In this document: one piece after another, positions 1 through 14,425 of the stretch
How the letters are laid out: every line of letters begins with the position of its first letter
Numbering within the stretch: the stretch's first letter is position 1
Origin: Tubulanus polymorphus
Taxonomy: Eukaryota; Animalia; Nemertea
Assembly: GCF_964204645.1 (NCBI RefSeq)
Contig: NC_134030.1
Span: 6,614,778 to 6,678,777, forward strand
Direction: 5' to 3'
Length of the DNA: 64,000 bases
Notes under the pieces: model-generated
The model's input: the letters and a program-made list of their open reading frames with translations, nothing else
Databases searched by the model: none
Told to the model about the DNA's origin: nothing
Position numbers and translations under genes: made by a program

Positions 1-1831
1 CAATATTGTTAAATAAACACGCCGAAATTAGCACCAAAACGGAAATAATCCGGTGTGAACACTTGTTGGCAATGTGACAGGTCTCGAACTCCATTTTTTT
101 CATCGTCGTCGCCGCGTTTTAGTTGACATAAATAAATCCGTTGTCGCTTAACGCCGTTATATCGTTAAAATACTGACTTAGCTCATCATCACGATGAATT
201 CATCTATCGCCTGGTTTCCTATATTTCAGATGACAGTTCGGATGAAGAGGCGAAACGCCACGGCTTTCAACTTAGTAGCGACTGATACACACGTCAAATC
301 TATAAGAGCCGCACAACACAACTGTCACCCGATAACACGACCGCCGCTTTAAGAAGTAGTTCCACGGATCCTATCATATTCCGACCACAGCTGGCTATTC
401 TGCCTTGTTTCAAAATAAATGACCACTTAAGAACCTAATTACAATTGTTTTGTTAATTGTTCATGCGTCTGGACAGAGTGCTCTTAGAAGACTTGATTCA
501 CGCTTCGCCGGCTGGCGCATATATACTCATCCGGTTCTGCGACTATTTCGCCGCCTATCAAATTTTAAGTGAACTAACGGCTCTTGAGAGAAATAGCAAT
601 TTGTAGTAAATCAAATTTGCATTAATGGTTCCAAATTTCAAATACCCTTCATTAACTCTAGCTTAGCACCGAAATTTAACACTGCCTTTCCATTCGGGAT
701 GATGATGATGACGACGAACCAAACGCGGACTCGAGCCCACCCATAATTTAATGTTTCAGAATAAATTACGGGTTCGAACCCAATCGTTCATATCACACGG
801 GCGCATGGTATTTCGCGCGCCAATACACACGTGGGCTTATAGGATACGGTACGTATTTCCCGGGCCTAATTCATAATCGCGTAAAATCTTGTTGCCTGTA
901 GATTTGTTCTACGTGATAATTCACTTCAAATGTCATTTGAAATACACAAACGTTCGATGGTATGATCGTTTATTTGTCAAGTTAAAAAAACGAAGAAATA
1001 GCAAATTTAACCCCACGGCCACAACGCCAACGGAGTTCGTTGATGGCACGCCAGTTACAAGCGTCACACAGGCTGCGTGCGCATTGACGTGAATAATTTC
1101 CAGACAATAAAATGATCCCCTTTCTGATTCTTATGTAAATTTGGAGAATTACTTAGTGTTTAGTTAATAGATTTTAAAGTGGTTACAAAATTACTTGCTT
1201 GATAATTAATAGACTTAAAAATAAATAATAGATACGTAGTAGTAGACCTAAAATTAATCTGGTAACCAAAGGCAAAGCTAAATTACTTGTAGAATTCAAT
1301 ATTATGGATTTTTTTTCAAAGAAACATGGGTGGGACGGGTGAAAATGGAAAAAAAAATGAAAAAACTAGAAAAATTTTCTACTAAACTTAGACCTAAGCG
1401 AGTTCAGGGAGCGTTACCGGACCCCTGGCAAGCGAGGAAGGTAAAGAAATGGAAGGGGTCCTGGGGAAAAATATGAATAAAAAATAAAAATTTGATGAAA
1501 GGGAAAGTGTTGAATTTAATTCAAATAATGAAAACTAATTTTGCCTATCAACCAAGAATTAAGATGGAAAAAAATTCTTTTTAAATTTATTTTTGTTGAA
1601 AAAAATTATAAAAGGTCTTATGAAATCACCAAGCAGAAAAGTATCAATGAAGAGATTTTCCTTTGTGTTTGGTTGATTACCAAGTGCTGGATCTCTATTC
1701 CCAAGTAGCTAATTCAAAAAATAAGGCATGATGAGTTAATTCAAATTGCATCAATAATGAAAAATTGCGAAAAAGGTTTTTTGATATCCTTTGGTGGAAT
1801 AATTGTGAAAATATTTCTTTTTCCAGTTGAA

Positions 1832-4800
1832 ATGTCTGATACAACCGAGGCTGAGATTGATGTGTGCAATATTGGTCCTGATGACAGCAGTTCGTTAGTC
1901 GACACACCTGCTCCGCTTAAAACACGATTTGTTCTACCTGAAAATGTCCCAGTTCTCAAATGTCCACATTGCCCGTATCAAGATCGATTACCATATAGTT
2001 TCGAGAGGTAGGTATCTATCTATCACATACATACCAAATCAGCTCCGGGATCTAGGATTTCTTTGAAGGGGGTGCAGAAAAAAGGGCGACTATGCTTCGT
2101 AGCCGGGGCTGTGCCAGCACAAAGTGGAAGGTCCCTAGGGAGTCCCGGTTAAAATTCCGAAAAAACTTCTTATTTTAGTGACTTTTCAGGGCATCTGAGG
2201 ACTTCTTTCTGTATTATGGCAACTGTGAAACTATAAAGCATATTAAATGAAACATTGGGGCCAGAAAAAAAAATGGCCGGGGATCTGCACCCCCCTTTGG
2301 ATCTGCCCCTGCTAATCCTATTAAGAGTTAAAGTATTTTCAGGAACATTGAATTATTTTTTCAGTCACACTTCTCTGATTCACCTTTGAAATTGTCAAAA
2401 TGCAAGTAGAATTCATATGAAAATTGATTGTTCATTTCTGGTTTTTAAGAAGTCCATTTCACAAAAGTAATGTTAATTTAAGCAAGCTACAAATATTTGC
2501 CTAGGTAGTGTGTGAAATTGGCTTCAATTTTTTTTATCGCTTACAAGTTATGATTAGTTGCTCGTAACATTTTCCAATTTATGCCTCACTCAATAGTGAC
2601 TAGGACAGTGAGATAGCTATTCAGTATTTTAGATTAGAAAGTTGACCTTTTTGAAGAAACTTTAGTGAAATCTATATATAATCCAATTCCTGTGCAAAAG
2701 AATTTGAAATTGAAAAATTCTCGTATGTTTACAGGCACTTGAAGTTCCACAATCCTCCGACGAAAAGGTTGCACTGTTCTCACTGCAAATATTCGACCAA
2801 TAGAAAGTCCGAAATTCTCAAACACATGGAAGAACATGAACGATTTTTAGCTGGAGAAAAACTTGCATGTCCAGATTGCGATTTTGAAACGGACAAGATT
2901 ACGTCGTACAAGCTGCATCGAACATTGAAACATTCGCCGAGGCTTGTGAAATGTCCTAACTGCGCTTTCACTACTGATAGTGATCAGATTATGAAATTGC
3001 ATGTATACCAACACTACTCCGGTAAGGATCTAGTTTTCATCTGTCTAAATATTTGCAGTCCGTACGAAATCCACCCCTGAATCTTGATGAGGTTCTCAAC
3101 AAACAGCCTGAGTCGGATCCAGGGGGACTTGAACAACTCCATCAAATATTTTGAGTGCCCTTTTTTGTTTTGTCAACAAACAAAAGATATCAGTGCATTT
3201 CAGTGCTGGAGTGCGCCTCTATTGCCTTTTTGGACATGAAAGCGCCCTTTTTGGATACGTTGAGTTCTTCCTGGATGTGCCCCTGACAGCATTGAAAAGC
3301 ATCTGACTTAGTCCTAGACATCTTTTTAGTAATGATATCGTAAATATTTTTCCATGCAGATCGAATTTTGAGTTGATTATGTCTCTTATAAAATTTCAGC
3401 TGTGGAGTCATACAAGTGTGAAGTGTGTAATGCTCGGTTTCTTTATCGAAGTTGGTTGTCGCGTCATGTGAAGTGTCACAATCCGTCGATTCATAGATGT
3501 AAGAGGTGCAGTTTCGTAACATCGGAACGAGCGCAGTTAGACGCACACGCAGCGAGCTACGACGGAGTTATCTATTTGTGTGAACTGTGCGAGTTTAAGG
3601 GTTGTTCGAGGGACGACGTCGTGTCGCACATGAAAGAAGTTCACATCCCTTGCGAAGAGAAATCGTCGACTGACCAGTCGAAACGCGCTGATCAGGCATC
3701 GAAATTAAGTCATCTGTTCGAAAATAAGTCGCACGAACAACAGACGTTAATACCAAATTTAGAAAACGATACTGCAGCAGCTGAGGTTAGTCAACTATAG
3801 CACATCCTTGCTTGCCAGGGTTTGATTGCCTCCCTCTCTACACTGACAAACCTTAGCCGCAGACCCATCATTGGTCTATTAACGCTGCCCGAGATTTCTT
3901 CGGCCGCCAGTCTACGGCCACCAGTCTATATATCTAGTCAATCAGACGCATTGTTCCTCATTGGCAGATTCTTTCTATCAATACCATCTCCTTTGATTGG
4001 CATGACTGGTGGCCATTGAGCAGATCAACCTGTGCGCTGAAGAAATCTTGAAATCATAGACCAATGAAGGGTCTGTGGCCGGGGTTTTGTGTTGGCGAGA
4101 GGCAAGCAGGATGCTACATCATATTGTGTATCTATATTGTGTAGTGATTTTGACATTTCAGTTTCATCCAGAAATTGCTCTTAGTTTTATATATTTCCTT
4201 TCTTTAGACTGAAAAACGTGGACAACGAATGTTGCACGAAGAAATCGTGAAAGCTTTCGTCGGCGAAAAATGGAACGATCGAATGAATAAACCGTTCAGC
4301 AGACTATCGGAAAATTACTATATGGATGAAAGCAGCAGAGTTAGCGTTCCTGAAGTAACTGTAAACAAGGAAAAATCATCGATCACTTTACCGTTTAAAG
4401 TCGGCACATTTTCATCACTTGTGTTTCCGATTAATTATAATTGTCAATCCGATCATAATATCTCGGCTTCGAATAAATTACCGAAGAAACGATATAATCA
4501 TAATAACGATAATGACTACATTAATGATAATAATAAGAAGAAGACTGATGGGGTGAGACCTAGAAGATGTAGATTAGAAGGAACTAATAGCTGCAAGTCG
4601 AAACTGCCCAAGGTATCCAGGGCTGCTCGGAAAAAGTCCGATCCGATTATCTCGGCTAAACAGGCACAAGTCTGTGCTTCAGGGATCGCACAAAGTGATC
4701 AGTTGAAAGCGTCAGCTGCAAATGCTGGTAGTAATAGTAAATTGAATCAAAGAGCGACCATTGCTTCATCTCGACCTGTTATTAATTGTGCTATGAATCA

Positions 4801-6052
4801 GTCTGTATCCTCCAGCCCTAACGTATCGACAAGTCAGCCATCGAATGTACCGTTTGTTGCCAATCCACAAATGCCAATGATTTATGTGCCTGCGTCTATG
4901 AGTGGGAAACTTCCGGTATATCCAATGGGTCAGCCTTGTCAAAGTGGTACACTTCCAACCAATAATCAAGTGATGACTCTGCTGTGCTTACCTTCGAATT
5001 CTCAAACCGTATCCAGTCAAACTGCATATGCTTTACCTTCACATGGGATGACTACGATGCCACTGTTTCAGATCCCTTCCATCGCTCCACCTACTCAAGT
5101 TTTAGGTCGAGGTTTAGTGCCTATTCCCGTAATGAGATTTCCCATCTCTCAAGGAAACCAGCAACGAACCCAAACACCATTTCAACAGATCGTATTTCCG
5201 CCGCTGGTTCCTGTTTTGCGAGAAACGAATGTGAAGCACCCAATCATTGAATCGAGACTCGACAGTAATAGAAAAGCCTCTGATGTGGCCCCCCTCAACT
5301 TGACGGCTGTTGATAGAAATAAAACCAAGCCTTTGCCTCATAATAGGACGAAATCGGTAATGGTCATTTATCCACCGCAAGTGAGTAAAAAACGTACCAG
5401 TAAAAGAAAAGCGATGCTTAAAACCGCTGCCGGAGCAAGTGAGAATATATTTACTGATTCTGAGGAGCTCAATTTGAGTTTGAAAAGAAAAGATTCTCCG
5501 CATACAACTGAAACTGGTGTGAAGAAAAGGCGTACAAGAAAATCAACTGATAAAATTCGTGCTGGAACTAGTCAGTGTGGAAAAACGGTCTTAAAAACTA
5601 ATACATCTAAAACTGGAGTAAAGAAAAGACGTACAAGAAAACCAACTGATAGAATTTGTGTCGGAATCAGTCAGTGTGAAAAATTTCCAATTAACACATG
5701 TGGGGATGACCGAGCGGATGCTAACGATGAGCTTGAAAATAAAGATGGTGATGGTGATGGTGATGTGAAAACTAATACGACTCGAGAGAAAGTGGCAGGT
5801 GCTAACCGAATTCAAATTAAGGCAGCAGCTCCCGTTATTAGTTCAGTAATGACGGTGAATGCTGATGTGAATCGGACACACGCGGGGAATTCTGATGTAA
5901 CTAAGATATTGAAATCTCTTTTAATTCAAACCAAGAAAGAAAATTCTGGGACTAGCTCGAATTCAGCCGAGAATGCGAGAGAGAACATGAATCATTTAGG
6001 TTCAACCTGGGAGATGAGATCTTGTGCAGTAGAGGTGACAGGCAGAAACTAG
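1832..6052 (+). CDS. C2H2 zinc-finger protein; 4 coding exons (1832-2007, 2735-3021, 3400-3785, 4208-6052)
   Basis: Repeated C-x2-C...H-x3/4-H fingers (CPHC..HLKFH, CSHC..HMEEH, CPDC, CPNC, CEVC, CKRC, CELC). GT-AG junctions are in compatible phases. The long last exon is low-complexity, Pro/Gln/Lys-rich. Confidence 0.85.
2040..2311. repeat. Dispersed MITE-like family (GGATCYAG...GGATCYGCCCCTG); other copies at ~3103-3286, 32022-32252, 52905-53183 and, more loosely, 42793-43052
   Basis: Shared GC-rich termini in otherwise AT-rich introns and intergenic DNA. Confidence 0.55.
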
Positions 6053-7561
6053 TGAGCATTGGACAATGGTTGGAATCTTACTACAACTAGCACATATAGT
6101 TGTAATATGATTTCTGGTAGAAGTACCAGTTCTATTAAGAAAAGAAAGTACAATCGTTGATTGGCTATCAGATTTCTATTACAAAGAGTTTTTGCTGTCC
6201 CCAATTTTATTGCTGGTTCAGGCACAATACCAGTCAAAATTAATTGTTCAGACGAAGTTGTCACTATCAAAGGAAAATCTTAACACCACCAGTGAAATGA
6301 TAAAACTTTTATATATTGTCGGTTAAAAATACAGAATTATGTTCAAATATGGCATTTATTTCTATATATAATAGTAGCAAAATTAGCTAAACAAGAGGAA
6401 ATTTCCAATTTGGGTAATAAATAACTGCAATGTATAGTATAAACGAGTAATGTCGCACTCAATCAATGCAGTATTTTCGAATAGAGTAGAATCATCAATA
6501 GTTAGCCATAAAATTGCATCAAGAGATTTAATGCAAATTCGTTCAATAATTTGTTTAGTATTTTTTTTTGTCAAATGATTCAATATATTTTGTTAGTGAA
6601 TTTGTTTGTATTTGATGGAGTTTTCAAGTTCAGTTCTCTTTAATAATGCAGTTGTCTTTACGATATTATAAAAAGAAAATCATGTACGTACGTTGTTGTT
6701 CAAATTAGAAAGCCTTCTATTAAGAAAATTATCATTTAAAGCTTAATTATTCTCTTAGTTCTTGATCTTCTTATGTTTCTTAATCTTGGTTTGTTTTGCA
6801 ATACTGATCCAAGAAGACCATTAGGCTAGAAAAATTGATACCTTGTTTCTCATTTCTGCTGAGCTTAAAAGTTGACCCGGCCGGCTGCCATCATGACCAA
6901 GCTTACAGATCCGGTAGCTTCTACATAAATGAACTGGATTTCAAATTGTATTGCACATCATAAAATGACCTCTGGCCGATAAGGAGAAATGAGACATAAT
7001 TTCATGGGCTCATCCTCTACAAGACAAAGATGGGGGATTCTCAAATTTAAACAGCTCCACAATACGCGACTGAAGTTTTTACTTATGAAGTTTATATTTA
7101 TTTCGTGAATAAAATTTACAATAGAGTTAGAGAAAAGACTACATATCATGTATTGTATTAGGTATTTTATATTCATGTAGGTGCATTTAACATAGTGAAC
7201 CAATCACAAGCCAAGGTGTACAGTTTTATTTCCGGTAATTCTACCGGTGAAATTTCAGTTTGGGTTGATTGTATATTAAATGACTAGTTAAACAACGATA
7301 TATAACAAACGAAACCTAAACCTTGCTTTACTTGTTTTGTCTACAATTTAACTAAATTTTGTGGTCCCAATTCATGCCAAGTTAAACAAGGTTTATAGAG
7401 TTAATGCACAGACATGACCTGTATTCTTCACTTGCGTCTTTTAAGTAACTAAAAGATGCTTGCAGTTGCACGTGCATGTACTAAATACATGTATATATGT
7501 AAATAAATTAAAAATCAAGCCATTAATGGATTTTTTGGTATCTTCATGTACTTCCATTTGT

Positions 7562-10350
7562 TCACGAAGATTTCTTGGGTTTTTTCAACTCTGGTAGAAT
7601 ACCCATATATTTACAGATGATTGACAGCATTACCTCATCAGCTCCACCTCCGATTGACACCAAACGGAAATCCCTGAAATAAATCCAATAACTAAGTCAA
7701 TATTCTCGTGAAACGGATTTAGAAGATTATCTGAGGCGTGAAAGATGTAGACTTACCTGTATAATCTACTTATTAAGACCTCGTTAGTGAATCCCATTCC
7801 ACCCCAGAACTGTAAACAAGCATCAATCAGCTCGCGAGATAGACGACCGATCTTCAGTTTACACATCGACGCCATCTTAGTTACATCATGTCCTTTGAGG
7901 TACAAGCCTGTTTGAAAAAATTAATGAATTTTAATATCGAGGATCATAAGAACAACCGCGTACGATTATGCTAAGAAGAAATATAGCTTTATCCCTAGAT
8001 ACTAACCCAATGTTCGGTAAAGTAAAGCTCGAAGAAGTTCCACTTCCGTTTCTAATTCGGCCAATCTAAAGTGTACAGTCTGATTGTTTAGAATCGGTTG
8101 TCCAAATATCATCCTTTGTTTCGTATATGCAATGGTTTGCTGTATCGTCTTCTGCAGTGGTATTAAACCTACAAAACATCGGTGCAAAGTATGAGAAATT
8201 TTGCATACAACACACGATTTTAACATTAAAATATTCACTGTCAGCTCGATAATACGCTGCTATCCCCAATTGCCACCACCAAATATACTCGTAGTTGGCA
8301 CGTGAATTGTAACGTAGTCAGCCTTTGCTTGAAATTGACCAATGAGCATTCAGAACGAGTTTATTCACATTGCCAGCGTGTAAATCCTGTATGCCAAAGT
8401 GCAAATATATAACTGTAAATAGGAAGAATCAATTGGGGTTTTATTTATTACGTACGCATTAGGGGAGGGGTCCGTGCAATTGCGTACTGTATAATGCTTA
8501 ATGTATATGGAAAAATGGCGTATTTTGCGTACAGGGGGAGGGGTGGTTGAAAAATTCAAATTTCATGCGTACGTAATAAATGAATGATCCCATTACGAAT
8601 ATATTCGTAGTGGCACTGGTGACGGAACCGGAAGTACAATTACCACATATTCTTAGCCATGACAAGATTTGTCAGATATTTCAAGGATAAACTAGTTTGA
8701 ATACTTACCTACAGCTGCAGCAAACATTCTCTCTTCTTGAAATTGAAGCATTTGATACGTAAAACCTTGTCCTTCTTCACCGATCACAAAACTCTGCGGT
8801 ACGTGAACATTGTCAAAAAATACCTGCGCCGTGTCTGAACTTCTCATTCCTAGTTTATCGATCTTTTTCGCCAGAGTTATACCTGAATATAAAAGAAAGA
8901 AATTATCACAAAATCGAGAATGAACTCTTCAAATTGATTGAAAATGAATCGGTAAGATCACAATATCTGTGATGAAACAATTAATGTAAAATTCAACAAT
9001 TGTTGAAAAACTGTTAATGGTATTTAACAAAACTAAATACTAAAAACAAAAATTGTTTATTTAAAAATACTAGAAAATCTAGTGTTTTTGAATAAACAGT
9101 CTTTCAACAATTTAGGGATTTTACATCAACTGAAAACATGAACAAAAATTTGCTCTGGCTCGAATAATTGCAACGTTGATTTTCTTTTGACAAACCTTTC
9201 AAGTTCATGGGTAAAACGATGAGTGATTTATTTTTGTGAGCCGGACCTTCACTGGTGTTTGCCAATAAACACATCCAATCTGCCTGGAATCCATTTGTTG
9301 TCCACATTTTGCCTCCATTTATAACATAATCTCCATTTTTCTTAACCGCGCTAGTTTTGATACCTGAAAAACAATAAAATAACAGACAACTCAATGAAAT
9401 CAAATTTATATCTAGGTAAGACTACAAGATGATACAGAGATTGGCAAATTTTCTAGCAAGGAACAAGCGAAAGTGAAGATATAGGTAACAACAAGTCGAA
9501 GTTAAAGACATACTTGCGACATCAGAACCAGCACCAACTTCACTGACGCCTAAACACGCAACCATATCACCGGCAATTGAGGGAGCTAAATAGTTCTTTT
9601 TCAGTTCATCACTCCCAAATCTACAATTTATACAAACTTATAATGGAAAACTTTTCCATCTTGTTAATAGAATTCCATTCAGACACTCGGGTTACCTTGC
9701 CAGGGCAGGTGTTGCCATATCAGTTTGTACGCCTATTGCCATTGGAATCGCTCCACAATTGATGTTTCCAAGTTCTTCAGCTACAGCAACGCTGTACGAA
9801 TAATCTAAACCAAGTCCACCATATTCTACAAGAAAATGACAAAGAAAAATTTCTAAAAATGAATTTTACATTTTTCAATCTCTTACCATAACGTTAATTT
9901 TCGCAAACGATGCTAACCTTGCGGACGATTAACTCCCAGGAATCCAGCAGATCCTAAAGTTTTAAAAACTTCATGAGCTGGAAATTGTCCTTTTTCTTCC
10001 CACGAATCGACAAAGGGGTTTATGTCTTTTTCGATGATCTGTTAAGATAAAATAAATCACCGTAAAAAACCTCTCATTAAGTGCGCAAAAATCACCGCTT
10101 CGTACATGGATTTTCTATTTGCAGCCCGTCGAGACAGTTAATAGTTTGCCTTTTCAGGTAGGCTACGTACTTTGTTTAGACTTTGCTTCAGCTGTCCGTG
10201 TTCTTCCGTAAAAAGCGAATCGACATTTTGTTCGCCAATTTTTGTCCCGGTATCCGATGATAATTTCGATGAGGTAGAGAAAGCTTTTAAAGTTCGTTTA
10301 CCCAAATTTTGAACCAGTGTTGGTTTGCAGCACTTTGCCCACGGTGCCAT
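7562..10350 (-). CDS. Mitochondrial acyl-CoA dehydrogenase, acdh-6/AtuD (citronellyl-CoA dehydrogenase)-like; multi-exon
   Basis: Transit-peptide-like N-terminus MAPWAKCCK. ACAD motifs GVSEVGAGSDVA, YVINGGKMWTTNG, R-MIFGQPI, CLQFWGGMG and IGGGADEVML. TGA at 7564-7562. Confidence 0.88.
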
Positions 10351-10469
10351 TTTCTTATTTCTCCAGAAGGAATTCCTTAATGACGTCACCGTGCAAGGGA
10401 TTCCACTTTGTCAAACAAAACTGAATTCTTTTTCGCTTTCAACTGATACACGTCCTAAAGGGACGAATT
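10351..10469. promoter_or_regulatory. Very compact bidirectional promoter between the ACAD gene and CCDC13
   Basis: Only 119 bp separate the divergent ATGs. A palindromic CRE TGACGTCA lies at 10381-10388. Confidence 0.6.
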
Positions 10470-13400
10470 ATGGCGAGTCAAGATGAAAATCTAAAACAAC
10501 AATTCCAGCTGCTGCAAGAGCAACAGCAGAAAAAACTCCTACGACGAAAACAGAAAAAGGAAATCAATGAAAAGGAAAAACGGAAAAATGATTCCAAAAA
10601 AGAAAAAGAGGTGGCCCTATCCACTGCATTTAATGTCGATGACGATCTAGGATTAAAGGTATTGTAGTTGTGGGCTTTTCATCCTTTTCTCTACCGCAAT
10701 TTGGAAGCCAAAAAATGCACGCGAAGGCATTTGAAATATATTTTTCTTGGTGTTCTTAATTTCAGCTTGCTGAGCCTCCACTGGCTGAAGAGTCGTATAT
10801 TTCTGAAGAATTGGTCGAACATCTCAATAATGGACTCCGCGTCAGTCACCATTTTATGCCGTTAGACTATTGGCCAAGGGTTATGAGTTTTAACCTAAAG
10901 CAGCTCTGACTATACTATGACTTCATGTTTTCTGTTGATTTCAGGAAATGAAAGATGAAAATGGTCGACTTTATAAATTACTGAATGAAAGGGAATTTGA
11001 GATTAAACAATTAAAGAAGAAAAGAGAGGGAGACAGAGCAGCCCTTGCAGGTATTTTTGTGTCTAAACTGATGAAGAATCTACCGGTGTGATACAGAGTA
11101 TATATTACAGTTTCTATACATAATTTCTAGGAGGAGCTGGAATAGGGAGTGATGTGGCTGCTACAAAAATTGTCGATCTGTCGAAAAAAGTTCGTGAATT
11201 GACATCGGAATTGGAATCTGAGCGCACAAAATCTAAACAGTTCCAAAGAAAATGTATTGAACTCCAACGCGATGTGAGTTAGAAACTTTATAGCCTGTCA
11301 GTTACATTTATAGAAAAACCTTTGTGATAACTAACTTCTCTTACCTATTTCAGGTCAAGAATCTGTCGGAACAAGCTAAACAAGTAGATGGTACTGTACC
11401 AGAAAAAAATGTGAGATCGATTATTGAAGATAAGGTTTGTATCTTTAGATCTCTTTATATCGAATAGAATATGGATGAAAAATTCTTCCAATCCGTTATC
11501 TCTCTGTATTCCCTTTGCTTGTAGAGTGATGAGGTTGAAGTGAAAGGTCTACAAGATAAACTCAAATCAGCGGAAACAAGAATGGCTGAATTCCGGATGC
11601 AAAATCAAACGCTTAAACTAGAATTACAAAAAGCGATGAAGGTTTGTGTTTTGTGAAGCAATCTCGTAGAAACAATAATCAAGTTAACCCCAGTGGAAAC
11701 GAGTACCATTCAGATATAAACATGGACCTATAATTCCACTCTTGGCAGATGATTATTTGATGTGTTTTAGGTTCTCAGTCAAGAAGTCGGTGATAATGTC
11801 AATGTTCAATCTTTGCTCAATAATCCTGGTAATTGGAAGGGCCGAGCACAACAAGTTTTACTATTACAGAAAAAGGTAATTATCCAATCCTATAAATCCA
11901 CTAACCAAATCCCTGCATATTTTTCTGTATGATACAGCTGCATCGTTGACCGTTTTCTAGGTTTCGGAATTGAAAGGTCGTTTGAACGAGAAGAAATCTC
12001 AATCTCAGTTAGATCTCGATCTGGAGGATGAGTTTATGGGATCGAACGCGAGTGTATCGATGGCGGGAACGAGCCGTCGCCCAGACGACAAAAACCAGGA
12101 ACAACTTCGGAAATTGCAAAAAGAAAGAAAAGAACAGCAAGAGGTTTTAGAATTAATTTCACTATTCTCCCATGAATTGATAAATTAATGTTAAAGATCA
12201 CAAAACACATAAAGAAGCCCTCTTTATGTATTTTCGATATAACATATTAATTGCTGTTGATAATTTACGTGTTTTGGTGGCATGTTTTAGAGAGCAGCCG
12301 CCGAACTGAAAGCTTTAGAAGAGGATTATAAGCAACTGAAAAGCAAAATGGAAGGAGTCAAAGCCAGGTATGAATTGAGTGAAACTAAAAACATCAGGTA
12401 TCGATTTTCTTATAATTGATTGATTTCTAATTGGTTATTTCAGGCATAAAGTCCTCGCCAATGAGAATAAATCATTGAAACAACAAATGCAGACTCTGCT
12501 ACAGAAAGGACAGCATGACGATCAGCTTATCGAGGCTCTTATGGTTAGTTGGAGTTGATTCAGTTATTCGAAGGTGATTTAGTTATTTACTATACTAATT
12601 AGTGTCTCTATTTTCATCATCTCAGAAACAACAAGAACAGCTGCGATCTATGCTGGATGAGAGCACGAAACTACAGCAACAGCTGTCCGTGAAAACGGAG
12701 GAGCATCTGAAAGAAATGTCGCAGAAGTCGATGAAAGAAGATAATCTTGTTGATCAATTGAAAAAAGTCATCGCCGAAAAAGAAGAACGAATTCAATCTC
12801 TAGAAGAAGATTTCAATGAATTAAAACTCACTGTAAGTCTACTGATCGATTCTTTATCTTACAATGCCCAGCCCACTGGGCTAGTGAATGAACTATTTTT
12901 TGAGAATATCGGTATGTTGTCTTTGAAGACGTTGTACAAGACTCAAGCGAATGGCGTCTCAACTTTGTTTGAACGTTCAGCTCAACCGAGCACAGTGGCT
13001 GAAAATAACGTGAATGACATGACAACAGAATCTTGTTCACCACCAGTAACTAGGTATGATATTCATTCATTTTCTGTTTCATTCAACTGTTTTTTTTTTA
13101 AATGAATGCTGCCTGTGAAAACTGTGATGTCTTCTTTATCTATTTTTTCAGTCGGCATCAACAAACATCAAGAGCCGCCTCTAGAATTGAGACAGACCGT
13201 CCTATATCTAACCGCTCGAACAGACCAAACAGTGCTACAACGTAACAACAATCGCCCGAGTTCAGAAACTTTCCATTCTTGCAGGGAGCTCATGAAAAAT
13301 TTGACGTTTTCTCTCTTTATTCCAGAAATAAGTTTAATTTATCCGGATTAGAAGATTTGGAAAATCAGTGTCAGGAGTTCAAATCGTTACAAAAAGCAGC

Positions 13401-14425
13401 AGAGGTTGAACGTGATAAACTGACAGAACTGGTTAAATTATTACAGATCAGGTGAGCTTCTAAACAGAACACTTGAAATCTAAATCCATCCATTTTGTTT
13501 TACTGGATTCGGGGTTTGTTTGTTTTTAGGCTCGACGAATCTACGCTCAAAGTGACCGAGGCACAGAGTGAGCTTCAAGGACAAAAGAGGCGAAATGTGC
13601 TGCTGGAAAAACAGCTAGGAAAAGCGAAGATTGAACAGAATAAAACAGGTATATCTCATCCTGAAGATTTTCGTTATGACAAACAACAGAATATTTTTTC
13701 ACCCAAATGAGAATATTCGATTTATTGCACACTGTTTGGTGAAGAACAAGACAGAGTTCCTACGATTCCTTTATTCCTCAAACACTCCTTCTAAACAGAA
13801 AATGCTATTATTTACAAAAGCACTGAATCAACGGTTCACCGAGATAAAACAGTACTGATTTATGTATGGAAGTGAATGTGATGCAAATGAAATACCTCCT
13901 TGAAATTGAAACTTTTAACTTAAAATCTTGAAAATTCATTATATCCAGAATGACCAACCTGTAGGGACTGTGTTAAAAGACAGCAGTATTGAGTGAATTA
14001 CGCTCTGAAATCAATGTAACACAGCAGAGAATTGTTTATTTACAGCATCGAGTAGACAGAGAAGCAGTGTTGGACGAGGTACTGCAAGAGATGAGACAGC
14101 AGAAACAAAAGCAGAAATTTCAGATGCAAACTTCGAGGAACTAGAAACAAGGTAAACCTGATCACACAATATGATAGCGTTACAGATCTGTAATTCATCT
14201 AAGTCTCATGTTATGTATCTGAAATCTTATTGAATGTTATGTATATTTTCACTGTTGATTAGACTGGCGATTCAACAAGATGAAAACTCGGCACTGAAAG
14301 CAGCTTTAAAGAGCACATTGAAAGCGAAAGAGGAGGACTTAAATCTGTATCATCAAACATTAGAGGAAACAAGAAAAGTGTTCATACAAGGATTACGTCA
14401 ATTTAAACATAACAATTCATCATGA
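10470..14425 (+). CDS. CCDC13: Coiled-coil domain-containing protein 13; multi-exon
   Basis: Spliced peptides LREMKDENGRLYKLL, DVAATKIVDLSKKVRELTSELESERTK, WKGRAQQVLLLQKK, KGQHDDQLIEAL and LAIQQDENSALKAALKSTLKAKEEDL match CCDC13 hallmarks. Confidence 0.85.

Noticed and set aside
1-540. Possible first exon of a minus-strand gene leaving the window (donor-like site near 178)
   Set aside because: Only short ORFs and no recognisable protein, so it cannot be supported.
720-785. B-box-like GGGTTCGAACCC
   Set aside because: No A box or tRNA/SINE structure is recognisable.
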